A DNA stretch of 61,974 nucleotides, the filler included, from Circinaria calcarea (taxonomy: Eukaryota), in assembly GCA_051942165.1 (NCBI GenBank). It is 9 parts of 9 records of this genome, joined end to end, with 100 filler letters (N's around TTAATTAATTAA, not from the genome) between each part and the next. Parts side by side here need not be neighbours in the genome. Positions count along the whole stretch, not along the records: positions 41,430 to 48,218 come from JAVECS010001489.1; positions 48,319 to 55,102 come from JAVECS010001490.1; positions 55,203 to 61,974 come from JAVECS010001491.1; 6 more parts are not named here. One strand, written 5' to 3'. Position numbers and translations under genes: made by a program. Positions 47,551 to 59,014 of the stretch are shown here, piece by piece. The stretch's first letter is position 1; the number at the start of each line of letters is the position of its first letter. The notes beneath the pieces were generated by a model. That model was given only the letters and a program-made list of their open reading frames with translations, was not told the origin of the DNA and ran no database searches.

Positions 47551-47810
47551 TCAAGGTCGCTGTTATCAGCGCGCTGCCGCAGATGGTCATGGGGCAAGGT
47601 CCCTGTCGTAGCGTCACTTTTCGCAAGGTCAATAAATGCAAGAGGCTGTTGGTACACGAGCATGACCTTGCAATACTGACCCTTTGCGACAGTGATCTTT
47701 GGACAGTGACCCTTTACGATAATTGGTCATCGCAACCGTGACCTTTTACAGTCGTGACCTCAGGACAATGGGCTTGAACCCACTGATCTTGGATCAGTGA
47801 TTTTGCAATC
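47551..47810. repeat. Degenerate ~14-15 bp subrepeat arrays in inverted orientation
   Basis: Right arm units resemble GTGACC(C)TTTGCGACA; left arm carries the reverse complement (..GGTCCCTGTCGTAGCGTCACTTTTCGCAAGGTCA). Confidence 0.55.
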
Positions 47811-48218
47811 ATTGCGTGTGCTCCCGGCCAGTAGCTCTTAGTGGTAAGATGCACCTCAGATTACTCTCTGTAAAGGGTATGAAGTGCAGAATTTTCAAAT
47901 CAGGAAGGGTATGAAATTACATTTCTGTTCTCTTTTCGGTCTCGTGACTAACAAATTCCACCCACCCGCTTCCTTTAAATCTCTTTTCTTAATTCGGCTC
48001 CTCAATCTACTTTGCACTGTTTTCTAACCCACAAAACCTGCTGCGCCTTCAAAATTTCCCTATCACTCAAGTCTTCAACTCGCTCTGACCCCCATCTACT
48101 CATTATCACATACCGTGATCTCGCCCCCCTCCTCCTTTTCTTCTTTCCCCATCCAAGATCTCAGTACCCGCGCCCTCTCTCCCTCCTCAAACCCACGCCT
48201 CCGAACACGTGCTCATCC

Positions 48219-48318
48219 NNNNNNNNNNNNNNNNNNNNNNNNNNNNNNNNNNNNNNNNNNNNTTAATTAATTAANNNNNNNNNNNNNNNNNNNNNNNNNN
48301 NNNNNNNNNNNNNNNNNN
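48219..48318. other. Artificial contig spacer
   Basis: N44-TTAATTAATTAA-N44. Confidence 0.99.
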
Positions 48319-48574
48319 GAGTGGTGGGTGGGTTGGTGGGGACATGGCGTGGATCCGTGGGCGGACTGGTTGTTACGTTTCGGATTTGGCGCGGGAGAGC
48401 TGGTATCGGTGGAGAAGAGGGAAGCGAAGGCGATGGCGATGAGGAGGAGGGGAGGGGAATTTGAGATGGATGCGGCGAGGAGGAGGATGGAGGGAGAGGG
48501 ATGTTTGGCGCATGCGGCGAGGACGAAGGCGATGAGGAGGGAAGGGGAATTTGGCGGGGTGATGGTAAGGACAT
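48319..48574 (-). CDS. Possible N-terminus of a Pro/Ser-rich protein truncated by contig end
   Basis: ACCACCATG context at 48574; MSLPSPRQIPLPSS with three IPLP repeats; open to the gap. Confidence 0.45.
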
Positions 48575-49496
48575 GGTGGTAGCTGTGACCGTGTTTTTGA
48601 TGGTGCGAGGTTGATGGAAGTAAGTGGAGTGCTCGATAGCCCTGGCTTTGGCTTGCTGTGTGTTGTTGAGGTTAGAAAACCTAGGGGTTGAAATGTCTTG
48701 TCTGGAACTTAGGAAGCAGGAAGATCCTCTATACACTGCAATGCACTGCAATGTACCAAGAAAGAAGAAAGCAGATTTCCCTGCCAGTCTCCCTCTCAAC
48801 AATAATGGACGTGCTGCGGCGGTGGGTGGTCAAGACAAGTAAAGTCAAGGAAATTTCTGGATTCACATTCACACCATCTTCATTCACGTCCGTCTACGCA
48901 CATCCTCACCCGCGTTCACTTTGCCTTTGCATCATAGTCGAGACTTTGTTACGTTTCTGGCCCTGCGGTTTGTAAGTTGAAGCTTCACTGCATCCTACCG
49001 TGCGTTCTTGATAGAGTCACGAAATGGGTATGCAAAGAAAATGGTTCCAATGCTTCTTTCTTTCCAGTGCTGGATAGAAGACAACAGTACCATGCTCACT
49101 TCCGTCGTACGAGCTATAGAACGGGATAAAAGCAATGAACGAGTATATTTCGCTTAGCATTAGGGTATCGAATCCCCGCCGCAGTTGTTGATGAAATCAC
49201 TCCTTTTTAAAGTCCAGCAATAAAAGACATTCTTTTATTTTCCAGTTAAGCGTAACATTAGTGCATTAATTCCATACTAAGGCAGCTGCTTGAAGCTAGC
49301 ATACAACAGCATTTTTGCAAATAATGATACGGTCATCATCCATCTTGTTCATTTCAAAGCAATTCGAGGTCCCAGTCATTAAGCGAAAGGAAACAGTCAC
49401 AACCACCTGCTTGTTCTCGACTCCAGCATCAGTTGCGGCAAACACCACCACGACATTCCAACGCCTTGCTTCCATTCCTTGCACCCCCCAATATTC

Positions 49497-52400
49497 TCAA
49501 TTTCGACCTCTTCCCTCGTACGCCTTCCTCTCCTCGTCAATCATATCAATGGCATCCTCCAAGTCGCCATTGGCAGCCTGTGCATACACAACCAACCTCC
49601 CCAACCCTCCATCTTCCGCTCTCCCAAAGCCAAGATCCTTGAGCTGCTCCACGCATGATTGCACCTTGCTCACAGTAGTAGGATCTTGATGTGCGGGTGC
49701 GAATGCTTCTTCTCTGTCGACGGCGATGTGCGCTGGTCTCGCCATAGAAGCGGCTTGTACCCTAGACGGCCTTCCGCGGTCTCGTGCCATCCTGGACACC
49801 CTCTCACGTTCTCTTGCAGACGCCCAGTCTGATGGGCCTCTTTGATTTCCTCCCACAAAATGATCCCACCCTATTCGACCATTGCCACTAAAACAGTCCG
49901 AGTATGGCCGTCGATTACGGGTAGTCCACTTGTCACTTGACGTAGCAACTGTATTACTTCGATGAACGCCTTCTATGAGCTGATGACGATGAATTGCAGC
50001 AGTCTCGGCCAATGGATCGAATGGGCCGACAAGGCGAGCACCGGGAGCCGCCGGTCCAAGCTGGACTGGCGATACAGGGGTAATCGGTTTTTTCAAAGGT
50101 TCACCAATCCCAGTCATCCGCCTGAAGAAATCACCAGAAGACTCCGTGGTGTCTGGTCCGGTTGCACGTTGTGGCCATGCATTGTCATATGCCTTGGGCA
50201 GAGTAGGATTGCTTACTCTTGTAAAGTTCGAGCTTGGTTCTATGATTTTGGACTCCTTCATTGGAACTTTGGAAGAAATAGAACGTAGAGGGACGAGTGG
50301 CTCCATACTGGGCAGAGGCGGAAAACTCGGAATATTAACCCTGCGGCTACCTTCAAACTGTTCCAAAGTGGGAAAGCGTGTAGCCACCAACGGCGACACC
50401 GGCGCGTCAACTTTGTGCTGTGAGTTTTTGGATTCTTCTTCGATCAGTGCCCGACTTTGGTAGGCAGAGCGGTCAAACATGGCTCTAGAATCATTAGATA
50501 TACTCATAGATTCCTGTGCGGTCATAACGTTTGGCACCGCGGACTGCATCCTAACTGAAGGTCGGGGCTTTCGTATCGCGCTCATTGAAAATGAATGCCG
50601 TAATCCTGCAGATTCAGCAGGTGAGACTAGTTGCTTGCGTGGAACATACAAAGGCCCTGGGAATTGTGTTGGATGATTTCGGAGGCCTTCGTTTATATTT
50701 GGGTGGTATGATCGCCATCGTCGAAGGGATGGACCAAGATGACCTAGCCGGCCAATGCTAGGATTCTCCATGTGATCCAGTAATTCCTGCTCGCTGACCG
50801 AAGTATTTGGACTTCGCCGTAAAGGGTCGATGAAATCAAGGTTGGAAGACTCCTGAATGGTTGGGTTTTGGTCACTTCGGTCAAAGGCGAAACTGTTGTG
50901 CTTTTTATGAATGGTATCATGTTCAACTAAACTCGCCCTCTTAAAAATTTGAGCATTCATGGCATAACTCCTGGAGTTTTCATCAACGTCCTCGCTCTGG
51001 GACGGGGTAGAAGCTGTACTGCCCCAGCCCTGAGGGAAAGTTGCCTTTGTAGAGAAAGATGTAAGTTGAGGCGAACGAAATGCGTCCTGTGGTCCTGTCA
51101 CATTAGGTGATCTGCTGCGTGATCGGCTTCCACGCCGATATTCCAATGTCGGCATTGATTTTCGTTTCTTTAATTCGGGCGAGTTAAAAGTCGTAGCATA
51201 GTCAACGTGTGTCCCTCGCTGGTTGTAATACGGCTTTGGTGAGGAGACTCTTGATGATTGACGGCCTCGATAACTATCAACGGGTTCATGTGGCATGGGG
51301 CTTGGGATATGCCGATAAGTTATCGTAGACTCGTTTCGATAAGCCTTGCCTAGAGGAAGTGTCGAAGGTCCATGATTGAGTTTTGTTGGTATAGTCGGCG
51401 AGTCCGCAAATCTTACAGAAGGAAACTTGACAGAAGGTGATAGACTCTGGCGAAGAGCTTTCTTGCTCTGGGGGGTCTCGTGGTTTGTGAAATTTGGTAG
51501 AGCTGTGAATATTGACGCCAACTCCGAATTTCTCGTTGACTCCGCATGGCGCGGCTCATATGGGTTTGGCTCCATAGTCCAGAGCTTCTCCTTCTCTGCG
51601 GTCTCCTCCAATTCCTGTATTTCTTTGGCTATCGCCTCTTGGTTGACTGGCGATTGCAATGTTTCCCGATTGTGATCTGCACAAGCTGAGGTGACTGGTG
51701 CGACGTGAGCTTCGACTTTGTCAGGATTCTCCCAGCGCGACTCCTCAGGCTCTTTCTCTGGCGAAGGTGAGATTTGAGGCCCGCGTCTGTTCCCTGCCTC
51801 TTTTGTGTCTCTGATCGTCACTGAGGACATGTGAGACCCCATTGTTGAGATGTTACGAGCGATAACATCGAGACTTCTGACCGTTTCTCTAAAATTCTGT
51901 AAGTCTAATTCGCCAGACTTACCAACAGCTGCATGAACAGAATCTACCCTTCGTTGACAAAGCTTGGCTGCCTCCCGCATAGACCATGCAAATCCCAAGA
52001 TCTGTGAGTTGAGTACGTTTTGAGGAGCCTCCGCGTCTATTTCCGATCCTTGCTTTCCTTGAATGTCTATTACTTGATTCCGTAATCCTGAAGCGACTGA
52101 GTTAATACCGTCTATCAGCACGACCATACTATCCACGAGTTGCTGTCGCGTTTCTCCTTCAGATAACGGTTCTAAGGCCGATGTAGCAGTTCCGGCAGAT
52201 TGGCAGGGTTCCCGGGTTTGAGGAGGCACTTCAATGTCCGAAGATATCCCTTGCTGTTCAGTGACACCAGTTGATGGTCTTGAGATTTTGGCCAATTCAG
52301 CTTGGAATACTTCCAAAAGAGAATTTTGTTGGTCTTTGGAGTTCGTAGCCTTATCGACATGCGATGGACTTGGTTTAGGGACAGCAACTGGGTTCTCCAT

Positions 52401-53525
52401 GGAAAATGGTTTCGACCCAACATAGGTGGCCCATCGGTTCTTCTCATGAGAATCAGATCTGAGTTCCTTGGCAAGATTTTTTTGGGAATGAATCGGATTA
52501 TTACGGGCACGTAACTGGATTCCAGCTATAATTGCCTGTTATATATTAGTACCAGACCTGTTTAGTTATCGAAGATGTGGCAACCCATACCTGCCGCTTG
52601 CCCTCAGTTGTTAAGTTCCCCTCGTGGAAAGACGACAAGAGAGGCGTATCCTCTTTTGCAAGTGTTTCTTCTTCTACCTCGAAAGGTGCGTAACGGCTTC
52701 GGGTCACGTCTTTGCTCTCCTCACCTGTCATCATACTGGTCAAGACTTGAGGTGGATTACTAGCTATGAATTGAAGCTTCCGCACATCCTCACGTTGCTT
52801 GTCACTCAGAGTGATCTGACCTTCAGACAGCAAACCTTTTTCAAGTTGAGCCTTTTGTAAATGATGAATATCGTCCGATTGCATTTCCTGTAATCGACAG
52901 GCATCGTCAGAAGGATCAACCTGTACACTTAGATCGTCGTCTCCATATACAGGAGGGCGTCGTTCGGACTTGTGCGTGGGGTTCACTGAACATTGATTCA
53001 GTGAAGTCGAATCTGACATTGCTATAGCTTCCTGGTTCTTTGACTTTTGTTTCAACTGCACTGTTCGTTGTTCGATTTCCTCCCAGATCCTGACAGACTC
53101 TCCACGTCGGTCTATCTCGAAAACATGCATATCAGGCATGGTGGGTGATACAGGGGGATTGACCGTGTTGCTAGATAAGTCCGGGTGCTTCGGTCCAGTA
53201 GAAGCGTTGCTTCTAGCATACCTAGGAACGGGCTCCGATAGTCGACAGCTGAGTTCTGTAGAAGTTCCAACCTATGCAATCATCAGCAAAAGCTCGCTTC
53301 GTCAAAGTATTCTGGGTCACTGACTGTGACAGTCTCTCCATCATCTTCATCTAGATACCTCAGTCTTGACTCTGGACGATTCAGGGCGTTGGTCTGGTAC
53401 TCTTGTCCGGTCAGACAGACTACAGCCTCAAAAGCACCGACCTTCGCCGGCACGCTTCCAGGTGATTGTCGGTTTGGTGGACTAGCCGGCCGCCGTAAAT
53501 TACGGATACGAAAGGGACCAAGCAT
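49497..53525 (-). CDS. 1306-aa protein with N-terminal PB1-like and C-terminal UBA-like domains, 3 exons
   Basis: Exons 53325-53525, 52591-53271 and 49497-52535 joined by phase-0 introns. N-terminal RLRYLDEDDGETVT|VGTSTEL..RL; C-terminal VQSCVEQLKDLGFG....RLVVYAQAANGDLEDAIDMI. Confidence 0.85.
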
Positions 53526-54185
53526 GGCTGGGTATACTTTGGAGAGCCTTTGGATATTGTGAAGCTGTAGTTAACGCAGACTGTCGTGTTGGTTTGAGTG
53601 TGAAGGGTTGAAGAGGGTGTGGGAGAGGCTGTGCTAGAGCAGAGGAAGCTCAAGGCGACAAGCAAGGCTGGCGTAAGCAGCTACGTGGCTCAGCGGTATT
53701 CTGGCGAACTTGGATATTGTCACAAACAGGCGAGGGAAGGGTCGTTCCCGGACTTCTACATAGTCATGCCGGCCATAGTTTGATAGTCAAGATAAGATTT
53801 ACCTCGTAGGAGAGGTTGACAACATTAAAGTGATTGTTCAGAGTGAGATACGCCGTCATCCTTGCGGGGGGTTAGGCGACAAGGTAGAAAATGGTCCGAG
53901 TTCCTACGCCATTCTCAATCGAGACACCGGCTTCACGATTGAAAATCATTATTTGGGGCACGATCACGTCTTTTACGACGCACAGACCGGTCAATTATCG
54001 TTCGAGGCCTGATCTAGGATCACATTTTGAAGCATTCAGATAGAATAGTGACCAGCCAACAAGATGAAATCATCATGACCGAAAAGGTAGTCGCAAGCTT
54101 TTTGGATATCACAAGTGAGGAAGCAAACCCATATGAGAAACCATAAGTGCGGAAGCCAGCCTGAGGATTTCTCCTCCCGTTGAGG

Positions 54186-55072
54186 TCAGACCCCCCTAGC
54201 CTCATCCAGGCTCTCCAAAGTCCTTCTTCCCGGCACTCCGCCTTCGTTTAACCTATCTCTTAGTATTCTCTCCGCCGTCTCCTGGCCAGTCATCCGGGAC
54301 TTCTCTGTCTGCACCCCTTGCATAGGGCTTCCACCGTCCATGGACTGGTACCCTCCTTTTGCTACCGATGAGCTACCCATGCTACTGTTTATTCGCCCGC
54401 CAGTGGCGGCATTCATGCGTCCAGAAGTGGATACAGGTCCGCTAATGGTGCTGCTGGCTCCCTCCCCGAAGCCAACCAGACTTGCATTGCCCTCGTCACT
54501 CAGACCAGCGCTACTGCTGACCCCGTCATCTTGATCTTCACTCATCTTATCTGCGTCATATACATCACTACCGCTGGCCCAGGTGGTTCTTCCGCCTACG
54601 CTGCCGGTAGCAGATGCACTGCCGACGGTGCTCATCTTATTTCCCTGGATTGTTCCGGCATTATCGAAATAACTTTGTGGTGCTGAGTGGTTAACAGTAC
54701 TGCCGCCAGGCGTCAGTTGCGACGTAGGACCCTGGGCACCTTGTCGGATGGTAGCGACACGCTCAAGACCAGCCAGGCGAGATATACGATCAGCCCGTTC
54801 AGCGTCGAGTGTGTTCGTCGATGATGTAGACGCGCTTGAGGAGGTATGATGGTGCGCATGCGGAGGGTGATGACCTTGATGACCATCTTTGATCGCAGTG
54901 GTCGATAGAGCCGAAAGTGAGGTCGTTCCAGAATTCGGTGTTCCTCTATGCCCGAGTCAGCAGACATGCGACGCCAAAATCATGGAGCTAGTAGGTGAGA
55001 GGCTTACGGGCCTGAAGGGGTGACTGGTTCTGAGGGAGGAGGAGGTAGGTTGATCAACGTGGGAGTCGACAT
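54186..55072 (-). CDS. Conserved low-complexity hypothetical protein, 2 exons
   Basis: MSTPTLINLPPPPSEPVTP, intron GTAAGC..GCTGAC..TAG, then GTPNSGTTSLSALSTTAIKDGHQG..AERADRISRLAGLERV..SLVGFGEGASST. Confidence 0.8.
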
Positions 55073-55102
55073 TTTGGGGTCGTTCGAACGAGCAGTACTC
55101 GA

Positions 55103-55202
55103 NNNNNNNNNNNNNNNNNNNNNNNNNNNNNNNNNNNNNNNNNNNNTTAATTAATTAANNNNNNNNNNNNNNNNNNNNNNNNNNNNNNNNNNNNNNNNNN
55201 NN
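55103..55202. other. Artificial contig spacer
   Basis: N44-TTAATTAATTAA-N44. Confidence 0.99.
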
Positions 55203-55402
55203 GAGTTGGGAGGGGAGGGTAGAAGAGATTGTACGGGTTTGTGGGGAATTAAAGGGCGGGAAAGAGAATACATCACAAATGACATATAGCCGAGGCGAGC
55301 CCGAAATCGCTGATAGAAGAGGGCTTTTTCCTATCTGTATATCGAAGAACGAATCACAACCATCCCCCATCACCTATTACCCCTATCACAAGCGTGACTC
55401 AC

Positions 55403-57382
55403 CTACTGTGCGCGGCAGAGTCTCCCCCCCGCCTTCACGGTCCAATAATCGCTTCCCACGGCCGTAGTCGCGTAGAAGAGGTGATCCGGGTCATATTTGT
55501 TCTTGATGGCGAGTAATCGCTCGTAATTGGAGCCGTAAAAGGTATTTTTCCAGTCTGGTTCTTGGAAGTCGGCCTGTGAATTTGAATGAGCCTTTTTTTT
55601 TACCATTGAAGAGGGAATTGTTAGAGGGTTTAGATGGACTGTACGGGTGTCACTTACTTCGTTGAGATAACTTCCGCCTCCCGGCGTCAAAGCCGCCAGC
55701 TGCGGGATCCAATCGTTCGTAAACCGATTCTGCGTAGCTGCCTCTTGTGCAAACGGTGCCGTTGCGTTCCAAGGTCTAGCACAACCGACCTCAGGTTCCG
55801 TAGCCTAAACTCTTCAGGGAGGAAAGAGGTGCTTACGAGGTCAAGACCAGGTCGAGCGCGGTATCCCTCCATGCGGGAAGAACCGCATTGTACACATCAC
55901 CAGCGACCCTCATAGAGACGTCCACGCCGACCACGACCAGACCTCCCTCGTCTTCGGCAATATTTCTCACGACTGTTGTGATGGCGTCATTGTTGTTCTC
56001 GACCACGGAGTGAGGGATCAGACGGCCGCCGTACAAGACGACGCCGACTTTGGTTAGAGAAGAGGGAATCATAGTGTAGTACTCTGATAGATAGTCTGGA
56101 AACTGGATGACGTGGAGATTGTACTTTATCCCGAGGCGGGTGAGGTATTCTGTAAAAGGCTGCAAGAGTCGCTGGACCTCGATGGCGCCGGAGGCTCCAG
56201 GGAACGTGATAGGCGTGATGGAGAACAAATCTTTTCTAATGACGTGAATGGACATGCCTCCGGCGCGAGTGATGTTGGGAAGCAAGGCATGATAGTACCC
56301 AATGGCTTTGTAAAATGTGTCCGTAGAGATTCCAGCAGAGGTAAAAGTCAAGTTAAGGCCCGCAACAGGAATGTCTTTGTGGGCCTTGGCTGTCAGCGAG
56401 TATACCACACCGTAGGTACCACCCCCTCCACCGCTCAAAGCCCAGTAGATGTCGGAATTACGTGTACGGCTTGCTCTTATCAATTGGCCGTCTCCGGTCA
56501 CAACCTCCCATTCCAAAGTCTGATCTGCTGCCATTCCGTATGTAGAGCTTAGAGCCGAGTGTCCGCCACCTTGCGTATACCCACCTGCAAGACCGACGGT
56601 TGAGCATTCTCCACCGACGACGGTGAGGCCACGCTGGTCGGCAGCAGCATAGGCTTCGAAAGCTTGAACACCGGCTCCCATTTTGATTGCAGGACCCTTG
56701 TAGTGTGGACTTTGGTAATCCAGAAACTCGACGGTCTTCAGATGATGAGTCCACACGGATAATGCACCTGACCCGGTGGATTTACCAAGGTAGCTATTGG
56801 CATACCTTAGAGTCAGTGGATATATGCTGGATAGACGTTAAGAAAAACTACAAGCTCACTCGTGCCCGGTATTCCTAATGACGAAACGGATGTTTTTGGA
56901 CTTTGCAAACGCGATACCGCGTAAAATGTCGGCTGGATTTGACACATTGATTGCATAGTCAACATAATTGCCGAGAGTGCATCTTAGGGTCTTTGGGGTA
57001 AATGGGTCGCAACTTGCGTTTGCAAAGATGGGAGCCATGACGGACGAGGACGACTCGTAACTGTAGTTTCTCAGTGTACCATAGATGGAGCTTAATAGAA
57101 GTCGACAGCATACTGAACGCTCTGGTCAAACCATTGTTCTTGCAAGGACTGACATTCTGTAGCGTTGTAGTTCGGGACGTGGCAGGGCGTGCCTATCGGT
57201 ATCGTTGCAATCAATCTCCCACCGACAGTTTTATTCAGACTAGCCCACTCCGCTGGAGCCGGCCAGCAATCATCACCTGGTATACAACGACATCGTCGCG
57301 TTTTACTTATGGCAAGTATACCCAAGGACTGAATTGAGAGAATAGCAACGCTAAGGGGAAAAACCCAACCGCATAGAAACAT
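55403..57382 (-). CDS. Secreted FAD-linked oxidoreductase (berberine-bridge/isoamyl alcohol oxidase-like), multi-exon
   Basis: Signal peptide, CRCIPGDDCWP, IRNTGH (covalent FAD His), GGECSTVGLAGGYTQGGGHS, WALSGGGGGTYGVV and BBE C-terminus FYGSNYERLLAIKNKYDP. Confidence 0.93.
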
Positions 57383-57691
57383 TGAAACAGCTATTTTAAT
57401 CAGCTGAGAGTTGGATATCAAGACCTTAGATATCTATGCTGGCCGAGGAGTGCAAACAGGAAATATTCCTCTGGACGGACGAGTGCATCTTCAAGAAAGG
57501 GAATCGCTTCACTCCTTATGACCAGAGGCTTATGTGTTGCGGGGTTGATGGAGCACCTGCTGAAATAGGATACGTGCATACGTCCACAACCTAAGGGTAG
57601 CGCTGTACGGAAAAGTTTGGCGGTCTGCAAACAGTACGTTTGAGTTCTAAACCAAGCAAATCTGAAATCACAAAGTCAAAGAGGTAGGTAT

Positions 57692-59014
57692 CTACGCTCG
57701 TGCCATCAGCCATTCCTTCAGCAATGTCTCTTGCTCGCCTTCATCTTCCTCATCCAGAAAAGGTTGATCATGCGTCTCTCCTGTCCCCAGGGCGGTCGTC
57801 GTGTCTGGAAGGCTCACCTGCGAATTCCGGTAAATATCTCCATCACAACCGGTGAACTGCGGCAAAACGGACCTCAATTTTCTCGGCGAACGCCTTGATA
57901 TCACCCTACGCATACTTCATCTGCTCCCGCCGTGATCAGCACGTCCCGGACCACGTTGCGGAGGTCTTTCCACCAGCCGCTAGAGGCGCGGAATGGCTGA
58001 TTGTACTCGTCTGCTTCAGCGATACCCATGAAGCACGCCGCCCATTTCTCAAGCACAAGAGCGTCGACCAAGTCCTTGTAACGGTTTCGCGCGTATGTAG
58101 GAGAAACTGTGCTAAAGTCTCCCAACGGAGAGATTAAAGCCGCGCCTCGCAGAGGTCCAGAGAGTTGGAGCCGCTCAATGGAAGGGAGCGGATGCAGCAA
58201 ATGGGAGAAGATTCCCAGAATCAAATTACCGCCGGCGGAGTCCCCGAGAAGTATGACCTACTATTATGGTTAGATTCGGAAAGCGATTGCTGTCCAGCAG
58301 AAGTGTACCTTTTCAGGCTTCTTGCCTGCGTTGATGGTTAGGTATTGTAGAATTCCACTTGGAGTTGGACAGGGTATTGTGCCTCCGGGAGCGAGGGAGT
58401 ACGGGAGCAAGCACAAGGCCAAATCTGGTCCCGAAGTCTTATGCAGGTACCAGAGAAACTCAAAGTGAGTGGTGGCCGGTTTGACATATCCTCCGCCTAG
58501 CTGGGTTATTCCTCTGGCCCGAAACCTCCGGGAAATGATTCTTACCATAAAACCATGATTCTATCCGCCTTCTCGTTCCCCAACCAATGAGCCTTTCCTC
58601 CATATGGTAAAGAGGTGCTGACGGGCTTGAATTGCTTTTCCTTGGCAAAAGCTAGATATGCCTCGTCAGTAGGAGGCATGAGTTTCCTGGGATATCATAA
58701 GCCTGGGAGATTCCCAAGAAGGCTAAGCTCTTCGAGTATACATACTGCAGTTGCCTAGCGGAAGCCCTAGCGTTGCGGTATCTTGACGTTCCATACGCAA
58801 CATGCTTCGAGAAGTCTCGATTCCCACTTGCTCCTCGGAAGGGCGCGGTTGCTACCGTCAATACCGTTGCAATAGCTGAGCATCTTTTAAAACGACTCTC
58901 GGTGCCGATATAAAGGTAAAGCTTAGTGAGGAGGAACGCTTTGCCTGTTTCGAATACCAGGAGCACAAGATCTAAAGTCTCCAGTAGCGATAAAGCCGGT
59001 TGTTTCGAAGACAT
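57692..59014 (-). pseudogene. GDxG-family esterase/lipase (alpha/beta hydrolase), probably disrupted
   Basis: GDSAGGNL, GAALISP and AGADEV motifs. HGGG appears as LGGG, and YSLAP-EAQYPVQL needs a frameshift near 58385. Confidence 0.7.

Noticed and set aside
6818..55202. Regularly spaced TTAATTAATTAA motif as a biological repeat or CRISPR-like array
   Set aside because: Always embedded in exact N44 flanks; it is an assembly spacer with stops in all frames.
34540..59014. One large secondary-metabolite cluster (MBOAT, FMO, peroxidase, FAD oxidase, esterase)
   Set aside because: The genes lie on different artificially joined contigs and no PKS, NRPS or terpene synthase is present.
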